DNA of 36,146 bases from Thermoproteota archaeon (GCA_027491735.1 JAOZGP010000024.1:1-36146); one strand, 5' to 3'; counted from the stretch's first letter, positions 1-9,026 are shown. The notes: generated by a model from the sequence alone, not told the origin. Numbers and translations are program-made.

Positions 1-105
1 ACCGCAGTGTATAGCCACGATCTCATCGATATTTCATCGAAGTCTGAGTACAGAAAGTAACTACCACCAACTCCCCTAATTCATCTCCGCCCTTATGGAC
101 GGGCC

Positions 106-138
106 TTCTTAGCGACAGAAGGTAAAGGTCGCTAAGAA
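106..138. repeat. Perfect 11-bp inverted repeat (TTCTTAGCGAC-N11-GTCGCTAAGAA)
   Basis: Arms at 106-116 and 128-138 are exact reverse complements; noncoding context. Confidence 0.85.
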
Positions 139-340
139 CTCCTGTTAAGACGAGGAGGGAGGATGAACTGAGGGAGCTGGGTGAGAACTGACAGAGTTTC
201 AATGGTTCAGTGAGCACACCTGAGGTGCGCTTGCTATCCATTATGCCAAACATCTGTTTACTGGCCAGACTATCAACGGATCAATAGCGAAGGACCACTC
301 ACAGAGTCCCTGAGCCACACCACTTCAGATGCTGAAAATC

Positions 341-347
341 TTATATA
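341..347 (+). promoter_or_regulatory. TATA box (TTATATA) with upstream purine-rich BRE-like GAAAA
   Basis: 23 nt upstream of ATG 371, typical spacing for a leaderless archaeal transcript. Confidence 0.6.
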
Positions 348-370
348 CTTCTTCCCCTTGGCCCTTCAAC

Positions 371-628
371 ATGAGGGCCATGCCGGAGATAACCTGTCCT
401 GTTTGTGGGTTCAATTTCTACGTCAATGAGGTCAGTTACGAGGGGGAGATCCAATGTCCCAAATGCAAAGCCCTCCTCGAGGTCGTGATAGAGGACGATG
501 AGCTCACCGAGATAAAGGTGGTCACTGAAGGTGTTGAGGAGGAGCTCTGGGAGGGTGACGAGGACTTCTGGGAGGAGGAAGAGGGTGAGGAGGAGCTCTG
601 GGAGGAGGATTGGGAAGAAGAGATATGA
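371..628 (+). CDS. LysW-like zinc-ribbon protein with extended acidic Trp-repeat tail
   Basis: CPVCG...GEIQCPKCKALLEVV matches the LysW-type zinc ribbon; tail ends EEDWEEEI instead of EDWGE; start 371 (or 380) preferred over 329 from TATA position. Confidence 0.7.
   Translation: MRAMPEITCPVCGFNFYVNEVSYEGEIQCPKCKALLEVVIEDDELTEIKVVTEGVEEELWEGDEDFWEEEEGEEELWEEDWEEEI
535..605 (+). repeat. 20-nt exact direct repeat TGAGGAGGAGCTCTGGGAGG (535-554, 586-605)
   Basis: Seen directly; 51-nt in-frame offset, encodes EEELWE twice. Confidence 0.85.
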
Positions 629-762
629 GACTTTCTTCTCAGGAAGACGTTCGGATCTGATCTCACCCTCGTCTTAAGGCTAAAGAGACTCGTTTTTCAG
701 AAAGACAAGTTTACAAAGCTGAAGAGGACAATTTTTTAAACAAATAAAGGATGAGGACTCCA

Positions 763-1875
763 ATGATGAACGAGTTGTTGGGGTATGAGAAGGGAGGTCC
801 CTATCCCCCGGATGAGTATGTGAGGGTCAATGCAGGACGTCTCAAAACGTTCGTCAGTGAGGTCTTTGTGAAGTTGGGGGTTCCCAAAGAGGATGCCGAT
901 ATCGTCGCAGACAACCTGGTCGCCGCAGATCTGAGAGGTGTGGAATCTCATGGTGTGTCCAGGCTCAGAAGATATGTCGATGGGATAAAGATAGGTGCAG
1001 TGAAGACGAGACCAAACATAAAGATAGTCAGGGAAGGGCCAGCTCATGCTCTAGTGGATGGAGATCACGGTTTGGGTCAACCGGTCGCTCATAGGGCTAT
1101 GAGGCTGGCCATTGAGAAGGCAAAGGAGAACTTCATAGGAGTTGTCGGGGTCAGAAATAGCAATCACTACGGTATAGCTGGCTATTACGCCAGAATGGCA
1201 CTCAATGAGGACCTCATAGGGATCTCTCTCACAAACTCTAGACCATTGGTCGCCCACACCGGTGCTATAGGGAAGCACATTGGAACCAATCCGATAGCGG
1301 TTGCTGTTCCATCGGAGAGGGAACCTCACTTCCTGTTGGATATGGCAACTTCTATAGTGACGATAGGGGCCATGGAGGTGGCTGGAAGGAAGGGGTTAGA
1401 GATACCCGAGGGATGGGCCATAGACGAGAAAGGAGAGTACACCAGGGATCCTGAAGTTGTTATAAAGTCCGGAGCTCTCCTACCGCTTGGAGGTCTTGGA
1501 GAGCTTTTCAGAGGATATAAGGGATACGGTTTGGGGGTGGCTGTTGACGTCCTGTGTGGGGTGTTGACTCAGTCGGCGTGGGGGAAGGCTGTGAAGAACA
1601 CAACTGAGAGATACAGCAATGTGGGTCATTTTTTCGTAGTAATAAATCCTGGCGGATTTATCTCTATTGAGGAGTTCAAGAGAAGCATGGAAACCCTCAA
1701 AAGGGAGCTTAAATCGGCTAAAAAGCATCCGAAGCTGGGAAGAATATGGATTCATGGGGAAAAAGCATGGCTAACTGAGAGATATAGGATCAAGCATGGG
1801 ATCCCAATCTACGTCAAGACGCAGGAGATCCTCAAAGAAGTTGCCGAGGATCTGGATCTAGAACCCCCATTTTAA
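763..1875 (+). CDS. Ldh_2 family (malate/L-lactate/L-sulfolactate, ComC-like) NAD(P)-dependent dehydrogenase
   Basis: ADLRGVESHG, NSNHYGIAGYY, GTNPIA, LDMATS, GYKGYGL motifs; start 763 lies about 23 nt after a TTTTAAA box (ORF track starts at 751). Confidence 0.9.
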   Translation: MMNELLGYEKGGPYPPDEYVRVNAGRLKTFVSEVFVKLGVPKEDADIVADNLVAADLRGVESHGVSRLRRYVDGIKIGAVKTRPNIKIVREGPAHALVDGDHGLGQPVAHRAMRLAIEKAKENFIGVVGVRNSNHYGIAGYYARMALNEDLIGISLTNSRPLVAHTGAIGKHIGTNPIAVAVPSEREPHFLLDMATSIVTIGAMEVAGRKGLEIPEGWAIDEKGEYTRDPEVVIKSGALLPLGGLGELFRGYKGYGLGVAVDVLCGVLTQSAWGKAVKNTTERYSNVGHFFVVINPGGFISIEEFKRSMETLKRELKSAKKHPKLGRIWIHGEKAWLTERYRIKHGIPIYVKTQEILKEVAEDLDLEPPF

Positions 1876-1881
1876 AGAACT

Positions 1882-2802
1882 TTGAGGGATGGTGGTTCCT
1901 TGGATCTCTCCAGCATAGTCGCCCTGATCAGGAGAAATGAACAAGAGAAATTCAATCCACTTGGAATAGATGGAAAATCTTTTTCCGAGTGGGCCAAGGG
2001 ATTGGAGATAGCTAAGGGTGGAGAGGTTGTCTTCTACACGGGAGGGCTCTATCAGATCGCCCCCCACATAGACTTGTTAGTTTCAGCCATGAAGATGGTC
2101 CCAGAAACCATGCCTAAGGAAATAGTGAGGATAGGTGAGAGATTCAGTCTCCCCATAGGCAGAATTGTGGGTAAAAAGAAGCAGGATCGGTTCAATAAAA
2201 TAGTGAGGAGGATCTTTCTGCTGGTCAGAGATAGGATCCCGGATATAGGTTATCTCTGGGACGAGGAGAGTTATTCCGGAGCTCTCTATTATGACATTGG
2301 AATGGATTTCCTCTTCAGAGAACATGCTGAGAGGATTGTGGAGGCCATGAGGAGAAACGGTGTCAGGACTGTGATTACTATAGATCCCCACACGCATCAC
2401 ATCCTTAAGGATATATTCCCTAAGTACACGAAGGCTGATTTCGAGATAAAGTACTACATGGAGCTCCTCGATATGAGCATTCCCCTGGAGGGATATGTCG
2501 TTCATGACCCCTGCTATCTGGTCAGGTGGTCGGGCCTGCTTGACGTCTTCAGAAGGGTGATCTCGAGGGTTGGGGAACCTGATGAGTCTGGTATTACTGC
2601 TAATTGCTGCGGTGGCCCTATTGAATCGATATTCCCTGAGATGGCTGAGTCTCTAGCGAAAAAGAGGATTGAAGAGCTTGTAGCTGTTTCCAGAAAAATA
2701 GTCACCGCATGTCCGATATGCCTAGTGAATCTGTGGAGGGTCTGTGAGAAGTATGAGGCCCAGGTGCAGGATGTAGCCGAAGTCCTGGAGGTTGGGTTAT
2801 GA
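1882..2802 (+). CDS. CCG-domain Fe-S protein (LutA/GlcF/HdrD-like)
   Basis: HDPCYL...NCCGG...TACPIC intact second CCG domain; first domain degenerate (YSG, TIDPH); ATGA overlap with next gene. Confidence 0.8.
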   Translation: MRDGGSLDLSSIVALIRRNEQEKFNPLGIDGKSFSEWAKGLEIAKGGEVVFYTGGLYQIAPHIDLLVSAMKMVPETMPKEIVRIGERFSLPIGRIVGKKKQDRFNKIVRRIFLLVRDRIPDIGYLWDEESYSGALYYDIGMDFLFREHAERIVEAMRRNGVRTVITIDPHTHHILKDIFPKYTKADFEIKYYMELLDMSIPLEGYVVHDPCYLVRWSGLLDVFRRVISRVGEPDESGITANCCGGPIESIFPEMAESLAKKRIEELVAVSRKIVTACPICLVNLWRVCEKYEAQVQDVAEVLEVGL

Positions 2803-3995
2803 GCTTTTACGAGATGAAGGAGCTCCTGAAGAGAAAGCTCAGGGACAAAGAGTTAGGGATAGCCCTCGAGAGATCGAAAAAGTCCTATCTAGCTAAGAGG
2901 AGGAGATGTCTGAGGAAATACAGTTACATAAAGGAGTTAGCTAAGGAGGTCAGATCCATTAAAGAGAGGGTTTTATCAAAACTGGATGAATTCGTGAAGC
3001 AGGCCATAGACTCGCTCGAGGAGAATAAGGTTCAGGTCCATCTAGCTAGGACCGCCGAAGCAGCTAGGGAGATCGTGGGAGATATAGTTGGAAGTCAAAA
3101 GCTTGTTGTCAAAGCTAAGAGCATAACAACCGACGAGATCGGTTTAAGGAGCTTCTTGTTGGAGAAGGGAAATGAAGTATGGGAGACCGATCTAGGCGAA
3201 CTGATAGTTCAGTGGCTCGGCTCCAAGCCCATGCACTTCATAACTCCAGCCATAAACATCAGAAGAGAGAGAGTTGCTGAGCTGATAAGGGAGAACATAG
3301 GCGTCGAAGTCGATCCAGACGACATACCTGGAATGACCAGAGCCGTTAGGAGATTCCTCAGGGGGAAGTTCATAGAAGCTGATTTCGGAGTGACTGGAGC
3401 GAACGTGCTCTCAGCTGACACAGGAAGTCTGTTCCTTGTAACCAATGAGGGAAACGGAAGGTTGGTCACCTCCCTACCCGAGGTGCACATAGCTGTTGTG
3501 GGAGTGGAGAAGATAGTTCCAACGCTAGGAGATGCGTTCAAGGTGTGCGATGTAATCATGAAGTACGCTGGCTACGAGGCAGTGGCCTACCTAAGCGCGA
3601 TAACAGGACCTAGTAAAACGGGAGATATAGAAAAGACCATAGTTTATGGGGCTCATGGTCCCAAGAAGGTTCACGTTATCCTCTTGGATAACGGGAGAAT
3701 GGAGGCTTCCAAGGACCCCATCCTCAGGGAAGCTCTCTACTGTCTGAGATGTGGGTCCTGTCAGTACCTGTGTCCTGTGTTCGATTTAGTAGGTGGGTAT
3801 TGGGGTGGGGACGCCTACGTCGGCGGTATAGGGGTGCTGTGGAATGCCATAACTGGTAGGATAAGAGAGGCCATGATTCAGTCCTTCTTCTGCTTGGGAT
3901 GTGGAAAGTGCAAGGAGGTCTGTCCAATGAACATAAAGACTCCTGAGGTCATAAGGGAGATCAGAGCTCGTTGGATAAGGGAGAAGTTTGGATGA
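2799..3995 (+). CDS. lutB: LutB/LldF-like LUD-domain iron-sulfur protein
   Basis: ETDLGELIVQ, NEGNGR, ITGPSKTGDIE, HGPK motifs plus two CxxCxxCxxxCP clusters. Confidence 0.85.
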   Translation: MSFYEMKELLKRKLRDKELGIALERSKKSYLAKRRRCLRKYSYIKELAKEVRSIKERVLSKLDEFVKQAIDSLEENKVQVHLARTAEAAREIVGDIVGSQKLVVKAKSITTDEIGLRSFLLEKGNEVWETDLGELIVQWLGSKPMHFITPAINIRRERVAELIRENIGVEVDPDDIPGMTRAVRRFLRGKFIEADFGVTGANVLSADTGSLFLVTNEGNGRLVTSLPEVHIAVVGVEKIVPTLGDAFKVCDVIMKYAGYEAVAYLSAITGPSKTGDIEKTIVYGAHGPKKVHVILLDNGRMEASKDPILREALYCLRCGSCQYLCPVFDLVGGYWGGDAYVGGIGVLWNAITGRIREAMIQSFFCLGCGKCKEVCPMNIKTPEVIREIRARWIREKFG

Positions 3996-4702
3996 GCTCG
4001 CTGAACATATTAGCGACCTCAGATGTCCACTCACCTAAATGGTTCGCTCAGTTCATGAGAAAAGTTGAGGAGACCTCCTATGAGCCTGATCTCGTGATGT
4101 TAGCTGGGGATATGATACTTAGGGGAAGGGTGGATGAGTACAGGAGGATCTTAAATGTGCTCAACAAGTTCAAGGCTCCTAAAGTGGCTGTTCCCGGTAA
4201 CGAGGAGTATGAAGAGATTGAAGATATCATCAGAGAGAGGTTTAAGGAAGAACTCATCCTTCTAAGTGATGAGATACTGACCCTGAAGATCAAGGGGTTC
4301 TCTGTCGGAATTGTTGGAACTAGGGGGAGTCTGGAGCAGCCGACGTACTGGCAGTCCAGGAACATACCGGATATAAGAAGGATCTACTCTGATAGGGTTA
4401 GAGTTGTCGACAAGCTACTCTCCAAGCTGAGAGCAGACTTTCGAATTCTCGCATCACATTACTCAGTGACTTTTAGGACTTTGAAGGGAGAGAATCCTAG
4501 GATCTGGAAGTACTTAGGACATAGGGGGTTCGAGAGGGTCATAGAGAGGAGAAGACCAGATCTTGTCATCCACGGGCACTCTCACAGGGGAACCAAGTTC
4601 GCAAGGATCCACGGAGTAAGTGTGTACAACGTTGCCTTTCCGCTATGGAAGGAGCTTGTGATAATAGAAATGGGAAGAGAAGGCCTTATGGGGTTTCTCT
4701 GA
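3992..4702 (+). CDS. Calcineurin-like metallophosphoesterase
   Basis: SDVH, AGD, GNEE, HGHSH motifs; ATG 3992 overlaps the lutB stop (ATGA). Confidence 0.85.
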   Translation: MSSLNILATSDVHSPKWFAQFMRKVEETSYEPDLVMLAGDMILRGRVDEYRRILNVLNKFKAPKVAVPGNEEYEEIEDIIRERFKEELILLSDEILTLKIKGFSVGIVGTRGSLEQPTYWQSRNIPDIRRIYSDRVRVVDKLLSKLRADFRILASHYSVTFRTLKGENPRIWKYLGHRGFERVIERRRPDLVIHGHSHRGTKFARIHGVSVYNVAFPLWKELVIIEMGREGLMGFL

Positions 4703-4704
4703 TA

Positions 4705-5703
4705 TCAAAGGAGTTCGATCAGATCCTTCACTAGGTTGTCCAGCTCCTTCGGTCTGTAGTTGGACCTGAAGAAGGAGATTATCCTGCTCCTGAGAGGCAC
4801 CTCAAGGACACCACCGCAGGCGAAAGTGTGGCCACCTCCTCCATAGGACTCGCAGATCCTCCTGAGATCTATGTCGTCTGTTTGCTGGCATCTGTAGAGA
4901 GAGAACTTCTTAAAGTTGAATATGATCAGTACAAAATCCAGATCCTCCTTCTGACAGAGAGCCCTCACTATACACGAGACGGGACCTGGATTTGATCTGA
5001 AGTCGAAAACAGCAAACTTCCTTCCGCTGAGCGTACTTAGGATCTGGTAGGACAGGCCATCTAGCTTTACATCTGCGTTATCATATCTCTCAAGGTTCTT
5101 TTCTATCTCCTCAGACATAAGTTTGCCATCAACCAATAGATCTACTATTTTTCTCTTGAGCCAAGTGCTTCTGGAGGCTGATCTATACATCCTGCTTATC
5201 TTTAGCTCATATCTTGCTGTGTCAGCATCATCAGCAATCTCAACAAGCCTCACTGAGAAGGGATCCCTTAGAGAAAGAAATTCCATGACGAGCTTAGCGG
5301 CGCTCGTCTCCTCCCTCACAACCAGAGAGTCCACATAGGGCTTGACTGCCTCAACAGCCTCAGTGCTCCAGGTGTGATGATCTATCCACGTGATTGTGCA
5401 TCCTTTGTCCTTCAGGTTCCTCAGTCGATCAGCGACAGAGTGCGCTATCGCCAAGTTAAGAGCTAGATCCGTCAAATAAAGCTTGAATTTTCTTCCCCTT
5501 ATGAGAGAGAGTGTGTCTGAGAGGTTTCTGGGGCTCGTGAAAATTATGTAAGCATCTTTCCTTAGGTGTCTCCTGACCAAAGCAGCTGATATGATTCCAT
5601 CCACATCTCCATGAGAGATTATCACGTTGCATGGGAGGAGACCCAGACAACTTCTCAACAGGACGGAAAATCTCCACTTGAATCTCTTGAAGAAAACCAG
5701 CAA
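4705..5703 (-). CDS. DHH/DHHA1 family phosphoesterase (nanoRNase-like)
   Basis: HGDVDG, TDL, IDHH and GGGH motifs. Confidence 0.85.
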   Translation of the reverse strand: MLVFFKRFKWRFSVLLRSCLGLLPCNVIISHGDVDGIISAALVRRHLRKDAYIIFTSPRNLSDTLSLIRGRKFKLYLTDLALNLAIAHSVADRLRNLKDKGCTITWIDHHTWSTEAVEAVKPYVDSLVVREETSAAKLVMEFLSLRDPFSVRLVEIADDADTARYELKISRMYRSASRSTWLKRKIVDLLVDGKLMSEEIEKNLERYDNADVKLDGLSYQILSTLSGRKFAVFDFRSNPGPVSCIVRALCQKEDLDFVLIIFNFKKFSLYRCQQTDDIDLRRICESYGGGGHTFACGGVLEVPLRSRIISFFRSNYRPKELDNLVKDLIELL

Positions 5704-5709
5704 TCAGGG

Positions 5710-7248
5710 TCACTCCACAAGTTCCTCAAGTGAAGCTCCAGAGAGAAACCTCCGAAGTGCTCTAGGAAGTTCCTCCAGCCTCAGCCTCACTTGATTCATT
5801 GTATCCCTATCTCTAAGTGTTACAGTGCCATCGGAGAGCGTCTGATAATCAACAGTCACGCAGGCGGGAGTCCCCACCTCGTCCATCCTTCTGTACCTTC
5901 TCCCTATACTACCCTTCTCATCGTAGAAGACATGAAACCCTTCGCTCTTTAGGAGATCCCTTATCTGTTTTGCCCTGAAGATGAGCTCGTCCTTGCTCAG
6001 CAGAGGAAACACAGCTACCTCTATCGGGGCTAGATGTCTGGGCAAAGCAAGCCACACCCTCTTGACGTCCTCTCTGTAGGAGAGCGCAAGCACGTGATAG
6101 ACCACGCGGTCCAATCCTATGGAGGGCTCATAGAGGTGGGGCATCAACTTTCTGCCGCCCACGTCCACGCTTAGATCAACACCACTAACCTTTTGATGTC
6201 CTGACAAATCGTGATCAGTTCTGTAGGCGTTGTTCACCAGCTCGACCCACCCAAGATCCTCTGTGTAGACCTCGAGATCCCAGTGGACCAGAGCGTAATG
6301 AGCCTTCTCCCCCTCTATCAGCTCCCTGTACCTCAGCCTCTCCGCAGGGATTCCGATCACTTCATTGAAGAACTTCTGATAGATCACTAGCCAGTAGGTT
6401 ATGAGTGAGTTGACAGTATATCCACTCTCGAGGGCCTCTCTCGCGGTGATCTCGGAGATCTTTCCGGTTTCCCTGTCCTCCTTCCGAAGGAACCTCAGTT
6501 TGTAGTTTAAGAGAGGTTTGAGCTTTCTGTCGTAGTCAGAAGTATTATCCGGATCGAAGAAGATGTGGATCTCCAGCTGTTGAAACTCTCTCATTCTTAT
6601 CAAGGCTCTCCTAGGTGAGATCTCATTTCTGAAGACCCTTCCTACCTGAGCCAGTATGAAGGGGAGTTTCCCCCTAGAGACCATGTAGGTCTTTCTGAAC
6701 TCCACAACACTTCCTTGTGTAGTCTCCGGTCTGAGGGCCGCGTTCGGCTCAATTGCATCCGCGCCCACTTGGAGGGTAAACATCAGGTTGAAGTGTTTTA
6801 TCTCAGTCCAGTTGGAGGCCCGGCATCTAGGACACCTGACTCCCTTCTCGATCAGGATCCTCATGAGGTCCTCATCGCTCATCCCCTCTAGATTCTCCTT
6901 CACTCCGCACTGTTCTTCTATGAGCTTATCAACCCTGAACCTGGTATGACACTTCCTGCATTCGGTGAGTTTGTCGAAGAAGTGCTCAAGATGCCCGGAG
7001 GCTTTGAAGACCTTTATGGGGAGTGTAAGGGGGGTCTCTATCTCCAGAGCTCCCTCCTTGAACACTATCTCCTTTCTCCAGATGTCGGTTATCTTCCTCT
7101 TGAGAAGAGTTCCAAGAGGGCCGTAAACCCAGTAACCTGCAGGAGCGTCGGAGTAGAGCGTCCTAGCCGACTGCCAAAAGAAACCCCTCCGTTCAGCCAG
7201 TGATGTGACCTTCTCGAAGAGCTCCTCTTTCAAGATCTGTTCACCCAT
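5710..7248 (-). CDS. glyS: Glycine--tRNA ligase (alpha2 type)
   Basis: LRPETTQG, FRNEISPR, REFQQLE, EPSIGLDR, anticodon domain GSIGRRYRRMDEVGTP; CxxC/CxxC insertion. Confidence 0.95.
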   Translation of the reverse strand: MGEQILKEELFEKVTSLAERRGFFWQSARTLYSDAPAGYWVYGPLGTLLKRKITDIWRKEIVFKEGALEIETPLTLPIKVFKASGHLEHFFDKLTECRKCHTRFRVDKLIEEQCGVKENLEGMSDEDLMRILIEKGVRCPRCRASNWTEIKHFNLMFTLQVGADAIEPNAALRPETTQGSVVEFRKTYMVSRGKLPFILAQVGRVFRNEISPRRALIRMREFQQLEIHIFFDPDNTSDYDRKLKPLLNYKLRFLRKEDRETGKISEITAREALESGYTVNSLITYWLVIYQKFFNEVIGIPAERLRYRELIEGEKAHYALVHWDLEVYTEDLGWVELVNNAYRTDHDLSGHQKVSGVDLSVDVGGRKLMPHLYEPSIGLDRVVYHVLALSYREDVKRVWLALPRHLAPIEVAVFPLLSKDELIFRAKQIRDLLKSEGFHVFYDEKGSIGRRYRRMDEVGTPACVTVDYQTLSDGTVTLRDRDTMNQVRLRLEELPRALRRFLSGASLEELVE

Positions 7249-7799
7249 CTGAGTATGAACTCAGGGATCCCTACTTCTTCTCTTAGGATCCTTTTCACTC
7301 CTTCCTCACTCAGTCCATCCTTCTTAAGTTTGTTAAGAAGATACTTGGATGTCTCAGCCCACTCCCAGAAGTAGACCACCCATCTATCCGTCTCTTCAAC
7401 GAAGTAGTCCGGTTTTACAGAGCTCCATGGCTTGTAGTGGAGTGTCGCCACTCTGACCTCGGAAGCTCCCATGTCCAAGAGGTGTTGTTTCGCGACCTTC
7501 AGGCTCTCTCCGGTGTCGGAGACATCGTCTACCAGGAGAACTTTAAGGCCGTCTAACCTGTTCGGAAGAGGTTCCGCTATTCTAGCGCTCTCTTCCTTCT
7601 CCAGGGTGATGTAGTGCTCGACCCTAACCGATCTTATGTCCCTGACATCTAGATAATCACTTAAGAGCCTAGCTATCACCATGCCACCCCTGTGGATGCT
7701 CACTATCACGTCTGGCTGAAAATTTGACTTTTTAACTTCCTTGGCCAGCTGAAGGGAGAGTTTTATAACTCTATCTGGGCCTATAGGGAGGAACTCCAC
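7230..7799 (-). CDS. Type I phosphoribosyltransferase (hypoxanthine/guanine/xanthine PRT-like)
   Basis: RGG loop, VLLVDDVSDTGESL PRPP motif, KPDY...WVVYFWE. Confidence 0.88.
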   Translation of the reverse strand: MEFLPIGPDRVIKLSLQLAKEVKKSNFQPDVIVSIHRGGMVIARLLSDYLDVRDIRSVRVEHYITLEKEESARIAEPLPNRLDGLKVLLVDDVSDTGESLKVAKQHLLDMGASEVRVATLHYKPWSSVKPDYFVEETDRWVVYFWEWAETSKYLLNKLKKDGLSEEGVKRILREEVGIPEFILRWVNRS

Positions 7800-7824
7800 C
7801 TTATCCTCACCACGACCTTCACAT

Positions 7825-7995
7825 TCAATGAATCACCAAGGGAAGGGTGGTTATGACGAGAGCAACCACCACTGTCAGGACAACTGGGAACCATTTCGGA
7901 ACCTTTATAGCTCCTGTGTCCTCAGCGGAAAAGCTCAGTATTCCTGCCACCGACATCGGCATTATATCCCTTCTCTTTCTCTTACCCTTGGGCAA
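7825..7995 (-). CDS. secG: Preprotein translocase subunit Sec61beta (archaeal SecG), 56 aa, absent from ORF track
   Basis: Manual translation from TTG 7995: MPKGKRKRRDIMPMSVAGILSFSAEDTGAIKVPKWFPVVLTVVVALVITTLPLVIH; basic N-terminus, S-x-AG-I-x-x-F-x-x-E-D motif, IKV-P then one C-terminal TM helix; GGTGTGA RBS upstream. Confidence 0.85.
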   Translation of the reverse strand: MPKGKRKRRDIMPMSVAGILSFSAEDTGAIKVPKWFPVVLTVVVALVITTLPLVIH

Positions 7996-8058
7996 TCACA
8001 CCACCATGAGGAACGATCCAGAAGATTATTTAATGGTTCACCTGGGATGATCCTCGAA

Positions 8059-9009
8059 ATGATTACCATCGGATGGAACAATGGATTGGAGCTCAGAGCT
8101 GAGAGGTCCCGAGTTCTCATAGATCCCAAGCGGACTGAGAGAGGTGTTCCCGTCCTGCTGACACACGGACACAGGGACCACATCCCGAAAGACGTTAAAA
8201 ATCCTAGCTCCAAAATCTACGCCACCCATCCGACCACAAGCCTTCTCACCAGGTTTTATGGAGCCCCTCCAGAATCGGTGATCCCGCTGAGCTTCAACGA
8301 GACTCTGGTCTTGGGGGACATCAGGATCACTCCCTTCATTGCAGGGCATATAATCGGATCCGCTATGTACCTCATAGAAGCAGATAGAAGAAGAATTCTC
8401 TATACAGGGGATGTGAATCCCAGAGGAGGCTTCCACGTTGAAGGTCCGGCAGATGTTCCAGAAGCGGATGTGGTTATAATAGAGAGTACATACGGCTCTC
8501 CCGAGTACTGTTTCCCGGATCCCCATAGAGTCAGGGCCGAGCTTGTTAAATGGGCTGTAGATCTAGTTAGATCTGGAGAGAAGGTCTTAATAAAAGCCTA
8601 CACGGTGGGCAAGGCACAAGAGGTGATATCCACGTTTAATAGGTTGACTAATGCCGAGGTCGTCGTTGTCGGTGAGGCTGCAAAATCCTCCTCCATACTG
8701 GCGAGGTATAGCCGCCTGAGGTTCAGTTTAAGTGAGAATGATCCATGCATTATCATCACAAATAAGATAAACCCAATGAGCGCTGGGAGAAGAGCTATAG
8801 TTACGGGATGGGTTCTAAGGAGGCAATTTCATGGATTTGAAGGGTTCTGTCTGAGTTCTCATGGAGACTTCTACGATCTAATAGAGGTAATCAGGAGGGC
8901 CTCTCCACAGGAGGTCTACACGGTGCATGGCATGGTCGAAACTTTAGCCAACCATGTAAGGAGGGAGATGGGCATAAGGGCCGAGCCACTGAGGATAACG
9001 AAAGTATAA
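8059..9009 (+). CDS. MBL-fold beta-CASP family nuclease
   Basis: THGHRDH, GHIIGS, YTGD, ESTYG, SSHGD, VHG motifs; true start likely 8059 (or 8047), not 7828, which would overlap Sec61beta. Confidence 0.85.
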   Translation: MITIGWNNGLELRAERSRVLIDPKRTERGVPVLLTHGHRDHIPKDVKNPSSKIYATHPTTSLLTRFYGAPPESVIPLSFNETLVLGDIRITPFIAGHIIGSAMYLIEADRRRILYTGDVNPRGGFHVEGPADVPEADVVIIESTYGSPEYCFPDPHRVRAELVKWAVDLVRSGEKVLIKAYTVGKAQEVISTFNRLTNAEVVVVGEAAKSSSILARYSRLRFSLSENDPCIIITNKINPMSAGRRAIVTGWVLRRQFHGFEGFCLSSHGDFYDLIEVIRRASPQEVYTVHGMVETLANHVRREMGIRAEPLRITKV

Positions 9010-9026
9010 AATATGGGAAAAGAGAG

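Noticed and set aside
160-225. C/D box sRNA (ATGA and several CTGA words)
   Set aside because: No good RTGATGA C box and spacing does not fit the archaeal C-D'-C'-D layout
23-253. 76-aa minus-strand ORF
   Set aside because: No recognisable motif, Ser/Leu-biased, no clear RBS; not called as a gene
535-605. Direct repeats as a mini-CRISPR
   Set aside because: Only two 20-nt copies, in frame within a coding tail; no cas genes or array anywhere in the window
436-666. Ser-rich minus-strand ORF
   Set aside because: Antisense shadow of the Glu-rich tail of the LysW-like gene
7828-8058. N-terminal 77 aa of the 393-aa ORF and the 67-aa ORF 7847..8050
   Set aside because: Both are antisense to the Sec61beta gene; MBL motifs start only after about 8059
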